Source: Hemiscyllium ocellatum (taxonomy: Eukaryota). Taken from it: a DNA stretch of 64,000 bases. Positions 51,928 through 61,379 of the stretch are shown here, one piece after another. Numbering within the stretch: the first letter of the stretch is position 1; each line of letters opens with the position of its first letter. The notes beneath the pieces were generated by a model, which made no database searches, had not been told where the DNA came from, and was given only the letters and a program-made list of their open reading frames with translations. Made by a program: the position numbers and the translations under genes. The stretch is from contig NC_083420.1 in the NCBI RefSeq assembly GCF_020745735.1, forward strand, positions 73,254,237 to 73,318,236, read 5' to 3'.

Positions 51928-52560
51928 TTACTTGTGAACTCTCTAGTGTGTCCGCAGCTAGTTTTACTGAGTAAATCATTTCTCACGCTCCTGGCTGCGG
52001 ATCGATCTCTCCTTATAGTGAGTTCGCTCATTTGTAGTGAGCGTTGTTATGATTTATGCACTCAGTACTGCAGTAAGAGCACCTGAGTGATCGCTACTCT
52101 GTGAGAGCACGTTGATGTCATACCAGTTCACTAATAATGCTTATAGAATTTCCCACAGAGCAGGCACTCAACGGTCTCCTCACATGTGAACTTGCTGGTG
52201 ACTTGGTCGGTAGGATTACTGAATATATCACTTCTCGTTCAAAGAATACGTGAATGGCTGCTCTCCAGTGTGGTATCATTGGTGACCCTGCAGGTTGCGT
52301 AATGGAATGAATCCTGTACAACCCTCAGAGCACGTAAATTATGTCTCCTTACAGATTACTTACTGGTATAGCAGCTGGCTGAATGATTGAGTGAATCCCT
52401 TTCCAAAGAGAGAACAAGTAAACGGCCTGTCATGGAATAACTGCACTGATATCAGGTTTACAATATATTCTCATTCCGCAGTCATCACATTTCAAAGTTT
52501 CTCCACGACACTTCTTATCTGACCTACTAGCTGATCTACACACAGAACACTTGTCTACTT
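51928..52560 (-). pseudogene. C2H2 zinc-finger array pseudogene (about 7-8 degenerate fingers)
   Basis: Stitched minus-strand frames: ETLKCDDCG..DRPFTCSLFGKGFTQSFSQLLYQ*V..FTCSEG..NLQGHQ*YHTGEQPFT..HQRALTE*RSLRCSYCST..K*FTQ..LRTH*RVHK*. Multiple stops and frameshifts. Confidence 0.85.
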
Positions 52561-52660
52561 TCTACCTTAGTTTGACAGTCTTATGCTCTGTCATGTATAT
52601 GCTTCTAATGGCCTAGCAGTAATAATTCTGGACTGTTAATCCAGAGACTCTGGTCATATT

Positions 52661-54970
52661 CCTCAGTTTCTCGGAGGATCACGTGACGGCTGTTTGTCCG
52701 GTTCGAAGTCCAGGGTGAGTTCCAGTTCTTAGTTTTTCTTATTTTGTTTTAAAAACTAAAAATTTAAGTTGTAAGTTCCAGTACTTAACTTTTTTTTAAA
52801 CTTTTTTAAACTAAAATTTAAGAAGTTTTTTTTAAAAAAACGCCGGGTAGACCCGGAGGCTTGTGTTGCTAGGTTACCTGGGTAGGATTTTTTCTCTATT
52901 TAAACGCGCAGGCGAGCTGTAGGCCTCAGTTTCTCGGAGGATCACGTGACGGCTGTTTGTCCGGTTCGAAGTCCAGGGTGAGTTCCAGTTCTTAGTTTTT
53001 CTTATTTTGTTTTAAAAACTAAAAATTTAAGTTGTAAGTTCCAGTACTTAACTTTTTTTTAAACTTTTTTAAACTAAAATTTAAGAAGTTTTTTTTAAAA
53101 AAACGCCGGGTAGACCCGGAGGCTTGTGTTGCTAGGTTACCTGGGTAGGATTTTTTCTCTATTTAAACGCGCAGGCGAGCTGTAGGCCTCAGTTTCTCGG
53201 AGGATCACGTGACGGCTGTTTGTCCGGTTCGAAGTCCAGGGTGAGTTCCAGTTCTTAGTTTTTCTTATTTTGTTTTAAAAACTAAAAATTTAAGTTGTAA
53301 GTTCCAGTACTTAACTTTTTTTTAAACTAAAATTTAAGAAGTTTTTTTTAAAAAAACGCCGGGTAGACCCGGAGGCTTGTGTTGCTAGGTTACCTGGGTA
53401 GGATTTTTTCTCTATTTAAACGCGCAGGCGAGCTGTAGGCCTCAGTTTCTCGGAGGATCACGTGACGGCTGTTTGTCCGGTTCGAAGTCCAGGGTGAGTT
53501 CCAGTTCTTAGTTTTTCTTATTTTGTTTTAAAAACTAAAAATTTAAGTTGTAAGTTCCAGTACTTAACTTTTTTTTAAACTTTTTTAAACTAAAATTTAA
53601 GAAGTTTTTTTTAAAAAAACGCCGGGTAGACCCGGAGGCTTGTGTTGCTAGGTTACCTGGGTAGGATTTTTTCTCTATTTAAACGCGCAGGCGAGCTGTA
53701 GGCCTCAGTTTCTCGGAGGATCACGTGACGGCTGTTTGTCCGGTTCGAAGTCCAGGGTGAGTTCCAGTTCTTAGTTTTTCTTATTTTGTTTTAAAAACTA
53801 AAAATTTAAGTTGTAAGTTCCAGTACTTAACTTTTTTTTAAACTAAAATTTAAGAAGTTTTTTTTAAAAAAACGCCGGGTAGACCCGGAGGCTTGTGTTG
53901 CTAGGTTACCTGGGTAGGATTTTTTCTCTATTTAAACGCGCAGGCGAGCTGTAGGCCTCAGTTTCTCGGAGGATCACGTGACGGCTGTTTGTCCGGTTCG
54001 AAGTCCAGGGTGAGTTCCAGTTCTTAGTTTTTCTTATTTTGTTTTAAAAACTAAAAATTTAAGTTGTAAGTTCCAGTACTTAACTTTTTTTTAAACTAAA
54101 ATTTAAGAAGTTTTTTTTAAAAAAACGCCGGGTAGACCCGGAGGCTTGTGTTGCTAGGTTACCTGGGTAGGATTTTTTCTCTATTTAAACGCGCAGGCGA
54201 GCTGTAGGCCTCAGTTTCTCGGAGGATCACGTGACGGCTGTTTGTCCGGTTCGAAGTCCAGGGTGAGTTCCAGTTCTTAGTTTTTCTTATTTTGTTTTAA
54301 AAACTAAAAATTTAAGTTGTAAGTTCCAGTACTTAACTTTTTTTTAAACTTTTTTAAACTAAAATTTAAGAAGTTTTTTTTAAAAAAACGCCGGGTAGAC
54401 CCGGAGGCTTGTGTTGCTAGGTTACCTGGGTAGGATTTTTTCTCTATTTAAACGCGCAGGCGAGCTGTAGGCCTCAGTTTCTCGGAGGATCACGTGACGG
54501 CTGTTTGTCCGGTTCGAAGTCCAGGGTGAGTTCCAGTTCTTAGTTTTTCTTATTTTGTTTTAAAAACTAAAAATTTAAGTTGTAAGTTCCAGTACTTAAC
54601 TTTTTTTTAAACTAAAATTTAAGAAGTTTTTTTTAAAAAAACGCCGGGTAGACCCGGAGGCTTGTGTTGCTAGGTTACCTGGGTAGGATTTTTTCTCTAT
54701 TTAAACGCGCAGGCGAGCTGTAGGCCTCAGTTTCTCGGAGGATCACGTGACGGCTGTTTGTCCGGTTCGAAGTCCAGGGTGAGTTCCAGTTCTTAGTTTT
54801 TCTTATTTTGTTTTAAAAACTAAAAATTTAAGTTGTAAGTTCCAGTACTTAACTTTTTTTTAAACTAAAATTTAAGAAGTTTTTTTTAAAAAAACGCCGG
54901 GTAGACCCGGAGGCTTGTGTTGCTAGGTTACCTGGGTAGGATTTTTTCTCTATTTAAACGCGCAGGCGAG
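52661..54970 (+). repeat. Tandem array of nine 253/263-bp monomers (last one partial)
   Basis: Units start at 52661, 52924, 53187, 53440, 53703, 53956, 54209, 54472 and 54725. By eye they differ only by a 10-bp TTTTTTAAAC indel. Each unit has CACGTG, GTGAGT, TATTTAAA and CGCGCAGGCG. Confidence 0.98.
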
Positions 54971-55125
54971 TAACCCGAGGCACTTCGGCAGAAGAGCCTC
55001 CCACCCGCCCTCCTCCTCTAACCTAAATAATAAGACCCGTTGCGGCAAGCAGGTAAGTGCTGCATTTTGCTTGTTTGGTTTCTTTACATTTAGTTTTTTT
55101 TAAAGAAAGCTAGCTTTTTAGAGGG

Positions 55126-56051
55126 ATGGCAGTGCAGGCAGTGCAATGTTCCTCTTGCAACATGTATGAGGTGAGGGAAGCCATTAGCGTCCCTGCTGAG
55201 TACACTTGCAAGAAGTGCACCCATCTCCAGCTCCTCCAAGCCCGTGTTAGGGAATTGGAGCTGGATTTGGATGAACTGCGGATCATTCGGGAGGCAGAGA
55301 GGGTCATAGATCAGAGCTTTAGGGAAGTAGTTACTCCGAAAGTTCAAGATAGATGGGTGACAGTGAGGGGGAGTGGGAGGAGGAAGCCAGTGCAGGGACC
55401 CCCTGCGGTCATTCCCCTCAAGAACAAGTATACCGTTTTGGATACTTGTGGGGGGGATGACTTACCAGGGGCAAGCAACGAGGTTCAGGCCACTGGCACG
55501 GAGCCTGGCCCCGTTGCTCAGAAGGGAAGGGTGGAGAAAGGTAGAGCGATAGTTCTTGGGGACTCGATAGTGAGGGGTACAGACAGATGGTTTTGTGGGG
55601 GCGACAGTGACTCACGTTTGGTATGTTGCCTCCCAGGTGCAAGGGTACGTGATGTCGCTGATCATGTTTTCCGGGTCCTTAAGGGGGAGGCGGAGCAGCC
55701 CAGATCGTGGTCCACGTTGGCACCAACGATATCGGTAGGAAGAGGGGTGAGTATGTCAGACAGGCTTTCAGGGAGCTAGGTTGGAAGCTTAGAGTTAGAA
55801 CAAACAGAGTTGTAGTCTCTGGTTTGTTACACGTGCCACGTGATAGAGAGTCGAGGAATAGGGAGAGAGAGCAGTTAAATGCGTGGCTACAGGGATGGTG
55901 CAGGAGGGAGGGATTCCGGTTTCTGGACAACTGGGGTTCTTTCTGGGGAAAGTGGGACCTCTATAAAAAGGATGGTCTACACCTGAACCTGAGGGGCACC
56001 AGTATCCTTGGGGGGAGGTTTGCTAGTGCTCTTTGGGAGGGTTTAAACTAA
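55126..56051 (+). CDS. CR1 ORF1 (zinc finger/leucine zipper + SGNH esterase), one frameshift near 55700
   Basis: CSSCNMY..CKKC..LELDLDEL; VLGDSIVRG; frame change to VVHVGTNDIG..DGLHLN, ending TAA at 56049-56051. Confidence 0.88.
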
Positions 56052-58885
56052 CTCCGCCGGGGCATTGGAACCTGGACTGTAGCTTTAGGGTACAGGACCT
56101 TGAGTGTAGGGAGGTTATGAATAATGCAGCGATCTCGAAGGAGGGTGCCTGTAAACAGAAGGGTGGATTGAAGTGTGTATACTTCAATGCCAGAAGTATA
56201 AGAAATAAGGTAGGTGAACTTGCAGCGTGGGTTGGTACCTGGGACTTCGATGTTGTGGCCATTACAGAGACGTGGGTAGAACAGGGACAAGAATGGCTGT
56301 TGCAGGTTCCAGGGTTTAAATGTTTTAGTAAGATCAGACATGGGGGTAAAAAAGGGGGAGGTGTGGCATTACTTGTCAAAGATAGTATTACAGCAGTGGA
56401 ATGGACGATGGAAGAGGACTTGCCATCTGAGGTAGTTTGGGCTGAGGTTAGAAATAGGAAAGGTGAGGTCACCCTGTTAGGTGTTTTCTACAGGCCTCCT
56501 AATAGTCCTAGAGAAGTAGAGGATAATATTGCGAGGATGATTCAGGAAAAGAGTGAAGGTAGCAGGATGGTTGTTATGGGGGACTTTAACATCCCAGATA
56601 TTGACTGGGAGAGCTATAGCTCGAGTTCATTAGATGGGTCGGTGTTTATCCAATGTGTGCAGGAGGGTTTCCTGACACAATATGTAGACAGGCCAACAAG
56701 AGGTGAGGCTATACTGGATTTGGTTCTAGGTAATGAACCAGGCCAGGTGTTAGACTTGGAGGTAGGTGAGCACTTCGGGGACAGTGACCACAACTCGGTG
56801 ACTTTTACTTTAGTGATGGAGAGGGATAAGTGTGCGCCGCAGGGGAAGAGTTATAGCTGGGGGCAGGGAAATTATGATGCAGTGAGGCATGACTTAGGAT
56901 GTGTGGATTGGAAAAACAGGCTTCAAGCGAAGAACACTAATGAGATGTGGGGATTGTTCAAGGAGCAGCTACTACGTGTCCTCGATAAGTATGTACCAGT
57001 CAGGCATGGTGTAAAGGGCCTTGTGAGGCAGCCGTGGTTTAGTAAGGAATTGGAATCCCTTGTGAAAGGGAAGAAGGCGGCATATGTAAAGATGAGGCGT
57101 GAAGGTTCAGTTGGGGCGATAGAGAGTTATAAGGTAGCCAGGAAGGATCGAAAGAGAGAGCTAAGAGAAGCGAGAAGGGGACATGAAAAGTCTTTAGCTG
57201 GTAGGATTAGGGAAAACCCAAAGGCTCTCTATAGGTATGTCAGGAATAAAAGGATGACTAGGATAGGTATCGGTCCAGTCAAGGATAGTAGTGGGAAGTT
57301 GTGTGTGGAGGCGGAGGAGATTGGAGAGACACTAAATCAATACTTTTCATCAGTATTCACTCAGGAACAGGACACTGTTGCTGATGTGAATATGGAGTCA
57401 CAAATGATTAGAATGGATGGCCTGGAAATATGCAGGGAAGAGGTTCTGGGAATATTGGAAAGGATGAAAACAGATAAGTCTCCTGGGCCTGATGGCATTT
57501 ACCCTAGGATCCTATGGGAAGCTAGGGAGGAGATAGCAGAGCCATTGGCCTGGATTTTTATGCCGTCATTGTCAACGGGAATAGTACCAGAAGACTGGAG
57601 GATAGCGAATGTTGTCCCCTTGTTCAAGAAAGGGAGTAGGGATAGCCCTAGTAACTATAGGCCAGTGAGTCTGACTTCAGTGGTGGGCAAAGTCTTAGAG
57701 AGAATGGTAAGGGATAAGATTTATGAACATCTGGATAGGAATAACGTGATCAAGGATAGCCAGCATGGTTTTGTGAAGGGCAGGTCGTGCCTCACAAACC
57801 TTATTGAGTTCTTTGAGAAGGTGACTAAGGAAGTGGACGAGGGTAAAGCAGTAGATGTTGTGTATATGGATTTTAGTAAGGCGTTCGATAAGGTTCCCCA
57901 TGGTAGGCTAATGCTAAAACTACGGAGGTATGGCATTGAGGATACATTAGAGGTTTGGATTAGGAATTGGCTGGCTGGAAGGAGACAGAGGGTAGTAGTT
58001 GATGGACTATGTTCATCTTGGAGTGCAGTTACTAGCGGTGTACCACAAGGATCTGTTTTGGGACCATTGCTTTTTGTTATCTTTATAAATGATCTAGAGG
58101 AAGGGCTTGAAAGCTGGGTAAGCAAGTTTGCGGATGACACAAAAGTCGGTGGAGTTGTGGATAGTGAGGAAGGAAGTGGTAGGTTACAGCGGGATATAGA
58201 TAAGTTGCAGAGCTGGGCAGAAATGTGGCAAATGGAATTCAATGTAGCTAAGTGTGAAGTCGTTCACTTTGGTAGGAGTAACAAGAAGATGGATTACTGG
58301 GCTAATGGTAGGCTACTTGGTAGTGTGGATGAGCAAAGGGATCTTGGTGTCCATGTACACAGATCTCTGAAAGTTGCCACCCAGGTAAATAGTGCTGTGA
58401 GGAAGGCATATGGTGTACTGGGCTTGATTGGTAGAGGAATTGAGTTCCGGAGTCCTGAGGTCATGTTGCAACTGTATAAGACTCTGGTCCGGCCTCATCT
58501 GGAGTATTGTGTGCAGTTTTGGTCGCCATACTATAGGAAGGATGTGGAGGCATTGGAACGAGTGCAGAGGAGGTTTACCAGGATGTTGCCTGCAATGGTA
58601 GGAAAATCTTATGAGGAAAGGCTGAGGCACTTGGGGCTGTTCTCATTGGAGAAGAGAAGGTTTAGGGGAGATTTGATAGAGGTGTATAAGATGATTCGGG
58701 GTTTAGATAGGGTCGACACTGAGAACCTTTTACCGCTAATGGAGTCAGATGTTACTTGGGGACACAGCTTTAAATTAAGGGGTGGTAGGTATAGGACAGA
58801 TGTTAGGGGTAGATTCTTTACACAGCGGGTTGTGAGTTCATGGAATGCCCTGCCAGTAGCAGTGGTGAACTCTCCTTCTTTATGA
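56033..58885 (+). CDS. CR1 ORF2 (APE endonuclease + reverse transcriptase), 950 aa, premature stop near C-terminus
   Basis: YFNARS, ITETW, GDFN, SDHN, KSPGPDG, QHGF, FADDTK. TGA at 58883-58885 where the sister copy has TGG. Confidence 0.95.
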   Translation: MGGFKLTPPGHWNLDCSFRVQDLECREVMNNAAISKEGACKQKGGLKCVYFNARSIRNKVGELAAWVGTWDFDVVAITETWVEQGQEWLLQVPGFKCFSKIRHGGKKGGGVALLVKDSITAVEWTMEEDLPSEVVWAEVRNRKGEVTLLGVFYRPPNSPREVEDNIARMIQEKSEGSRMVVMGDFNIPDIDWESYSSSSLDGSVFIQCVQEGFLTQYVDRPTRGEAILDLVLGNEPGQVLDLEVGEHFGDSDHNSVTFTLVMERDKCAPQGKSYSWGQGNYDAVRHDLGCVDWKNRLQAKNTNEMWGLFKEQLLRVLDKYVPVRHGVKGLVRQPWFSKELESLVKGKKAAYVKMRREGSVGAIESYKVARKDRKRELREARRGHEKSLAGRIRENPKALYRYVRNKRMTRIGIGPVKDSSGKLCVEAEEIGETLNQYFSSVFTQEQDTVADVNMESQMIRMDGLEICREEVLGILERMKTDKSPGPDGIYPRILWEAREEIAEPLAWIFMPSLSTGIVPEDWRIANVVPLFKKGSRDSPSNYRPVSLTSVVGKVLERMVRDKIYEHLDRNNVIKDSQHGFVKGRSCLTNLIEFFEKVTKEVDEGKAVDVVYMDFSKAFDKVPHGRLMLKLRRYGIEDTLEVWIRNWLAGRRQRVVVDGLCSSWSAVTSGVPQGSVLGPLLFVIFINDLEEGLESWVSKFADDTKVGGVVDSEEGSGRLQRDIDKLQSWAEMWQMEFNVAKCEVVHFGRSNKKMDYWANGRLLGSVDEQRDLGVHVHRSLKVATQVNSAVRKAYGVLGLIGRGIEFRSPEVMLQLYKTLVRPHLEYCVQFWSPYYRKDVEALERVQRRFTRMLPAMVGKSYEERLRHLGLFSLEKRRFRGDLIEVYKMIRGLDRVDTENLLPLMESDVTWGHSFKLRGGRYRTDVRGRFFTQRVVSSWNALPVAVVNSPSL

Positions 58886-59839
58886 TCATTTAAGCGGGCA
58901 TTGGATAGGCATTTGGAAGTTATTGGGCTAGTGTAGGTTAGGTAGGATTCGGTCGGCGCAACATCGAGGGCCGAAGGGCCTGTACTGCGCTGTATCTTTC
59001 TATGTTCTATGTTCTATGTTCTATATTCTGGTGACATGGTTTATAATATACGAATGGCATGTGGTTGAGTTTGAATCCAATAAAAATTTGGAATTAAGAG
59101 CCTAATGTTAACTTCTGCTGTTCGTCACAAAGATCCACCTAATCCACTAACGCCTTTAAGGAAGGTAACTGCCATCCTTATCTGTTCTGGTCTACACCAG
59201 ACCCTAGAAACTCGCAATGTGTCAGAATCCTAACTGCCCATGTGGCAATCAGGGATTGGAAATGAATGTTGGCCCAAACAATGGTGCCCTCATTCTGTGG
59301 TTAATTTTATTTCTAAATAAATGTTCAACATCCATTTGGTGTCTCTGTCAAATCCTAACACAAAGTTACGCTTTGGTGAAATTCCACATGGCAAACAGAT
59401 TTCCACATTTTCCAAAGTTGCTCAGCCGTCGTTGAAGGTCATAGAGTGATTAGCCGTGAGAGAATGAAGGAAAGAGTGGAATTCAGCACTGCCTTCACCA
59501 ACATGATAATAACACATGGGCTATGATCTCAAGAGTCCCTTCTGGCTGTTAAGCTGGTACATGTTTTCTGAGTTGGCTCCTGTTCGAGTCAAACCTTTAC
59601 ATTTGGGGCTTGAGGTTGTCATATTTCTGAAACATCCCCTCCAGCACAAAGTGGAGAAACAACATTTCATCTTCAGCCTTCTGAACTTAATATTGTGTTC
59701 AACATGTGCTCAACACATTTAACTTGTGTACAACTTCTTCCGTTTATTTTAGCTTTTTATCATATCCTCCCATCGGTCATCCCACTGATTACCCTTTCCA
59801 GGCTGGCAGGTGACCCACCATTATTCTGAAATGTTCACA

Positions 59840-60095
59840 TTCCGATAACCTAAACTGAACTGTCAACATCTTTTCTCCACTGGAACCTTACATCCATGAT
59901 CTCTACTCTTGGCACCCCTAAACTGCAATATAATTGCTGCCCCCTCTACTGAAACTGGAACCGTGAGCACACTGAGACAACAAGGTTGGAGATGAGGAGA
60001 ATGCGTAAACGTCCCATAGACAGTCGCCCAAACCTGGAATTGAACATTTGTCGCTGGCGCTGAGACAGCAGTGCTAACTACTGAGCTCCCGTGTT
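59840..60095 (-). mobile_element. HE1-like SINE
   Basis: Reverse complement reads cacgggagctcagtagttagcactgctgtctcagcgccagcgac..ttcaattccaggtttgggcgactgtctatgggacgttt (tRNA-like head). Confidence 0.75.
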
Positions 60096-60374
60096 GCAGT
60101 CTGTCCTCATTCAGAACAAAGCATAGCAGCAAAAGACGGTGTCCTGTCATGTGTGAGTTGGTGGCGTCCAGTACGTCAGTGCAATAGCTAACGCTGCGTG
60201 AAGCATTTCAAAGAATCTTCAGGCACATGTGTGAGAGGACAATCTAGGAGCAGTCTCAATGTGTCGAGGTGTAGACCTGGACAACGTTTAACAGTCTTGG
60301 ACTAAGATCCTGAACATAGAAACATGACGACAAGAGTAGACCACGAAGTCCTTCGAGCCTGCCCTCTGTTATGG

Positions 60375-60616
60375 AGTTAAAATCACACAACACCAGGTTG
60401 GAGTCCAAAAGGTTAATTTGGAAGCACTAACTTTGGGAGACGGTAAAAATAAATATCAATGGAACACATGCTTAAAGGTTGAAGTTAAAAGGCAGAAAGA
60501 GAGAGAGAGAAAGAAAGAGTTTCAGGTGATCACCTGATGAAGGAGCAGAGCTCTGAAAGTTAGTGCTTCCAAATAAACCTGCTGGGCTATAACCTGGTGT
60601 TGCGTGATGTTTAACT
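60375..60616. mobile_element. Inverted pair of Penelope-like termini with hammerhead-like core
   Basis: Arms 60375-60439 and about 60551-60616 are reverse complements; CTGATGA-aggagcagagctct-GAAA at 60534-60558. Confidence 0.7.
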
Positions 60617-60699
60617 TTGTTATCCCCAACCAAAACCCAGCAACTCCAACGCTTTGTTGTGGACTAAGACAGACCACTCAAAACATTCGTAAGGAGGCA

Positions 60700-61339
60700 G
60701 GTCAGTCCATAACTTTGTAATTATTTTTCGGTAACTGTGCAGTGAAAATTACTCGGATAAAATTAGTTAGGTTGTCTGATAGATTTTAAAACTGACAGCA
60801 ATTTATTCACAAAATAACACAATGAAATACAAAGAACAGAACAAAGAACCCCGAAAGAACTCAACTATCCGACTAGATTTAATGACGCTGCTCTGAATAC
60901 ACACAACATTCTCAATAAACAAGCTCCTTTGAAAAAAAAATAGAATCAATGGAACACATGCTTGCAGGTTGAAATTGAAGGTCAGAAAGAGAGAGAGGGA
61001 GAGGGAGAGAGAGAGTGTGTGTGTGAGAGAGAGTTTCCACAGAGATTCCTGTTGGGCTTACAACCATCTTAAGACAGAACCAAACCTTGTCATCTCAGCT
61101 CGAGAGCTAACCATTCACCTTTCCTTCTGCAGGTCACTTCTAAAACATGAACACGTTGTCCTGAAATCTGATCTGTTTCCATAAAAATAAAAAGCCTATC
61201 AAAATCAGTTTCATCTCTGTACCAAAACAGACTGAATGGAGCCAGGCCTGGCTTACTACCTCTCTGAAAGAAATTCCGGACAGGCTATCCTTGAGCCATG
61301 GAACAGCTTTTATAAGCAAAATGGGCTAGCTTTGTGACA
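60700..61339 (-). mobile_element. 3' LTR of a Gmr1-like Gypsy element
   Basis: Minus strand begins TGTCACA at 61339 just after a purine-rich tract; AATAAA near 60800; internal (GA)n/(GT)n at 60987-61031. Distal end approximate. Confidence 0.55.
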
Positions 61340-61379
61340 CCACCCGCTTAAAATAAACCAACTATGCATACCAAATGTG

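Larger units (their letters stand above)
52661..59022 (+). mobile_element. Full-length young CR1 LINE (6.36 kb) with tandem-monomer 5' end and ATATT target-site duplication
   Basis: Monomer array 52661-54970, unique 5'UTR, ORF1, ORF2, (TTCTATG)n tail to 59022; ATATT at 52656-52660 and 59023-59027. Confidence 0.95.
52590..59290 (+). mobile_element. Old SINE-like repeat split by the full-length CR1 (halves 52590-52660 and 59023-59290)
   Basis: Left flank ggactgttaatccagagactctggtcATATT continues on the right as ATATTctggtgacatgg..gagtttgaatccaataaaaatttggaattaagag..ctgccatccttatctg, consistent with one recalled shark SINE consensus. Confidence 0.65.

Noticed and set aside
51467-52031. Cys-rich ORFs near 51.5-52.0 kb as a second VH segment
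   Set aside because: No Ig V framework or RSS. The upper part is explained by out-of-frame zinc-finger pseudogene sequence.
52661-54970. Regular array as CRISPR or independent satellite
   Set aside because: There are no unique spacers, the units are about 260 bp, the DNA is eukaryotic, and the array lies inside the CR1 target-site duplication.
59840-60095. tRNA gene
   Set aside because: Only a decayed tRNA-like SINE head; no complete cloverleaf.
60987-61031. (GA)n/(GT)n microsatellite and poly-G at about 13757-13770 as functional elements
   Set aside because: Ordinary simple repeats, the first lying inside an LTR; nothing else supports a function.
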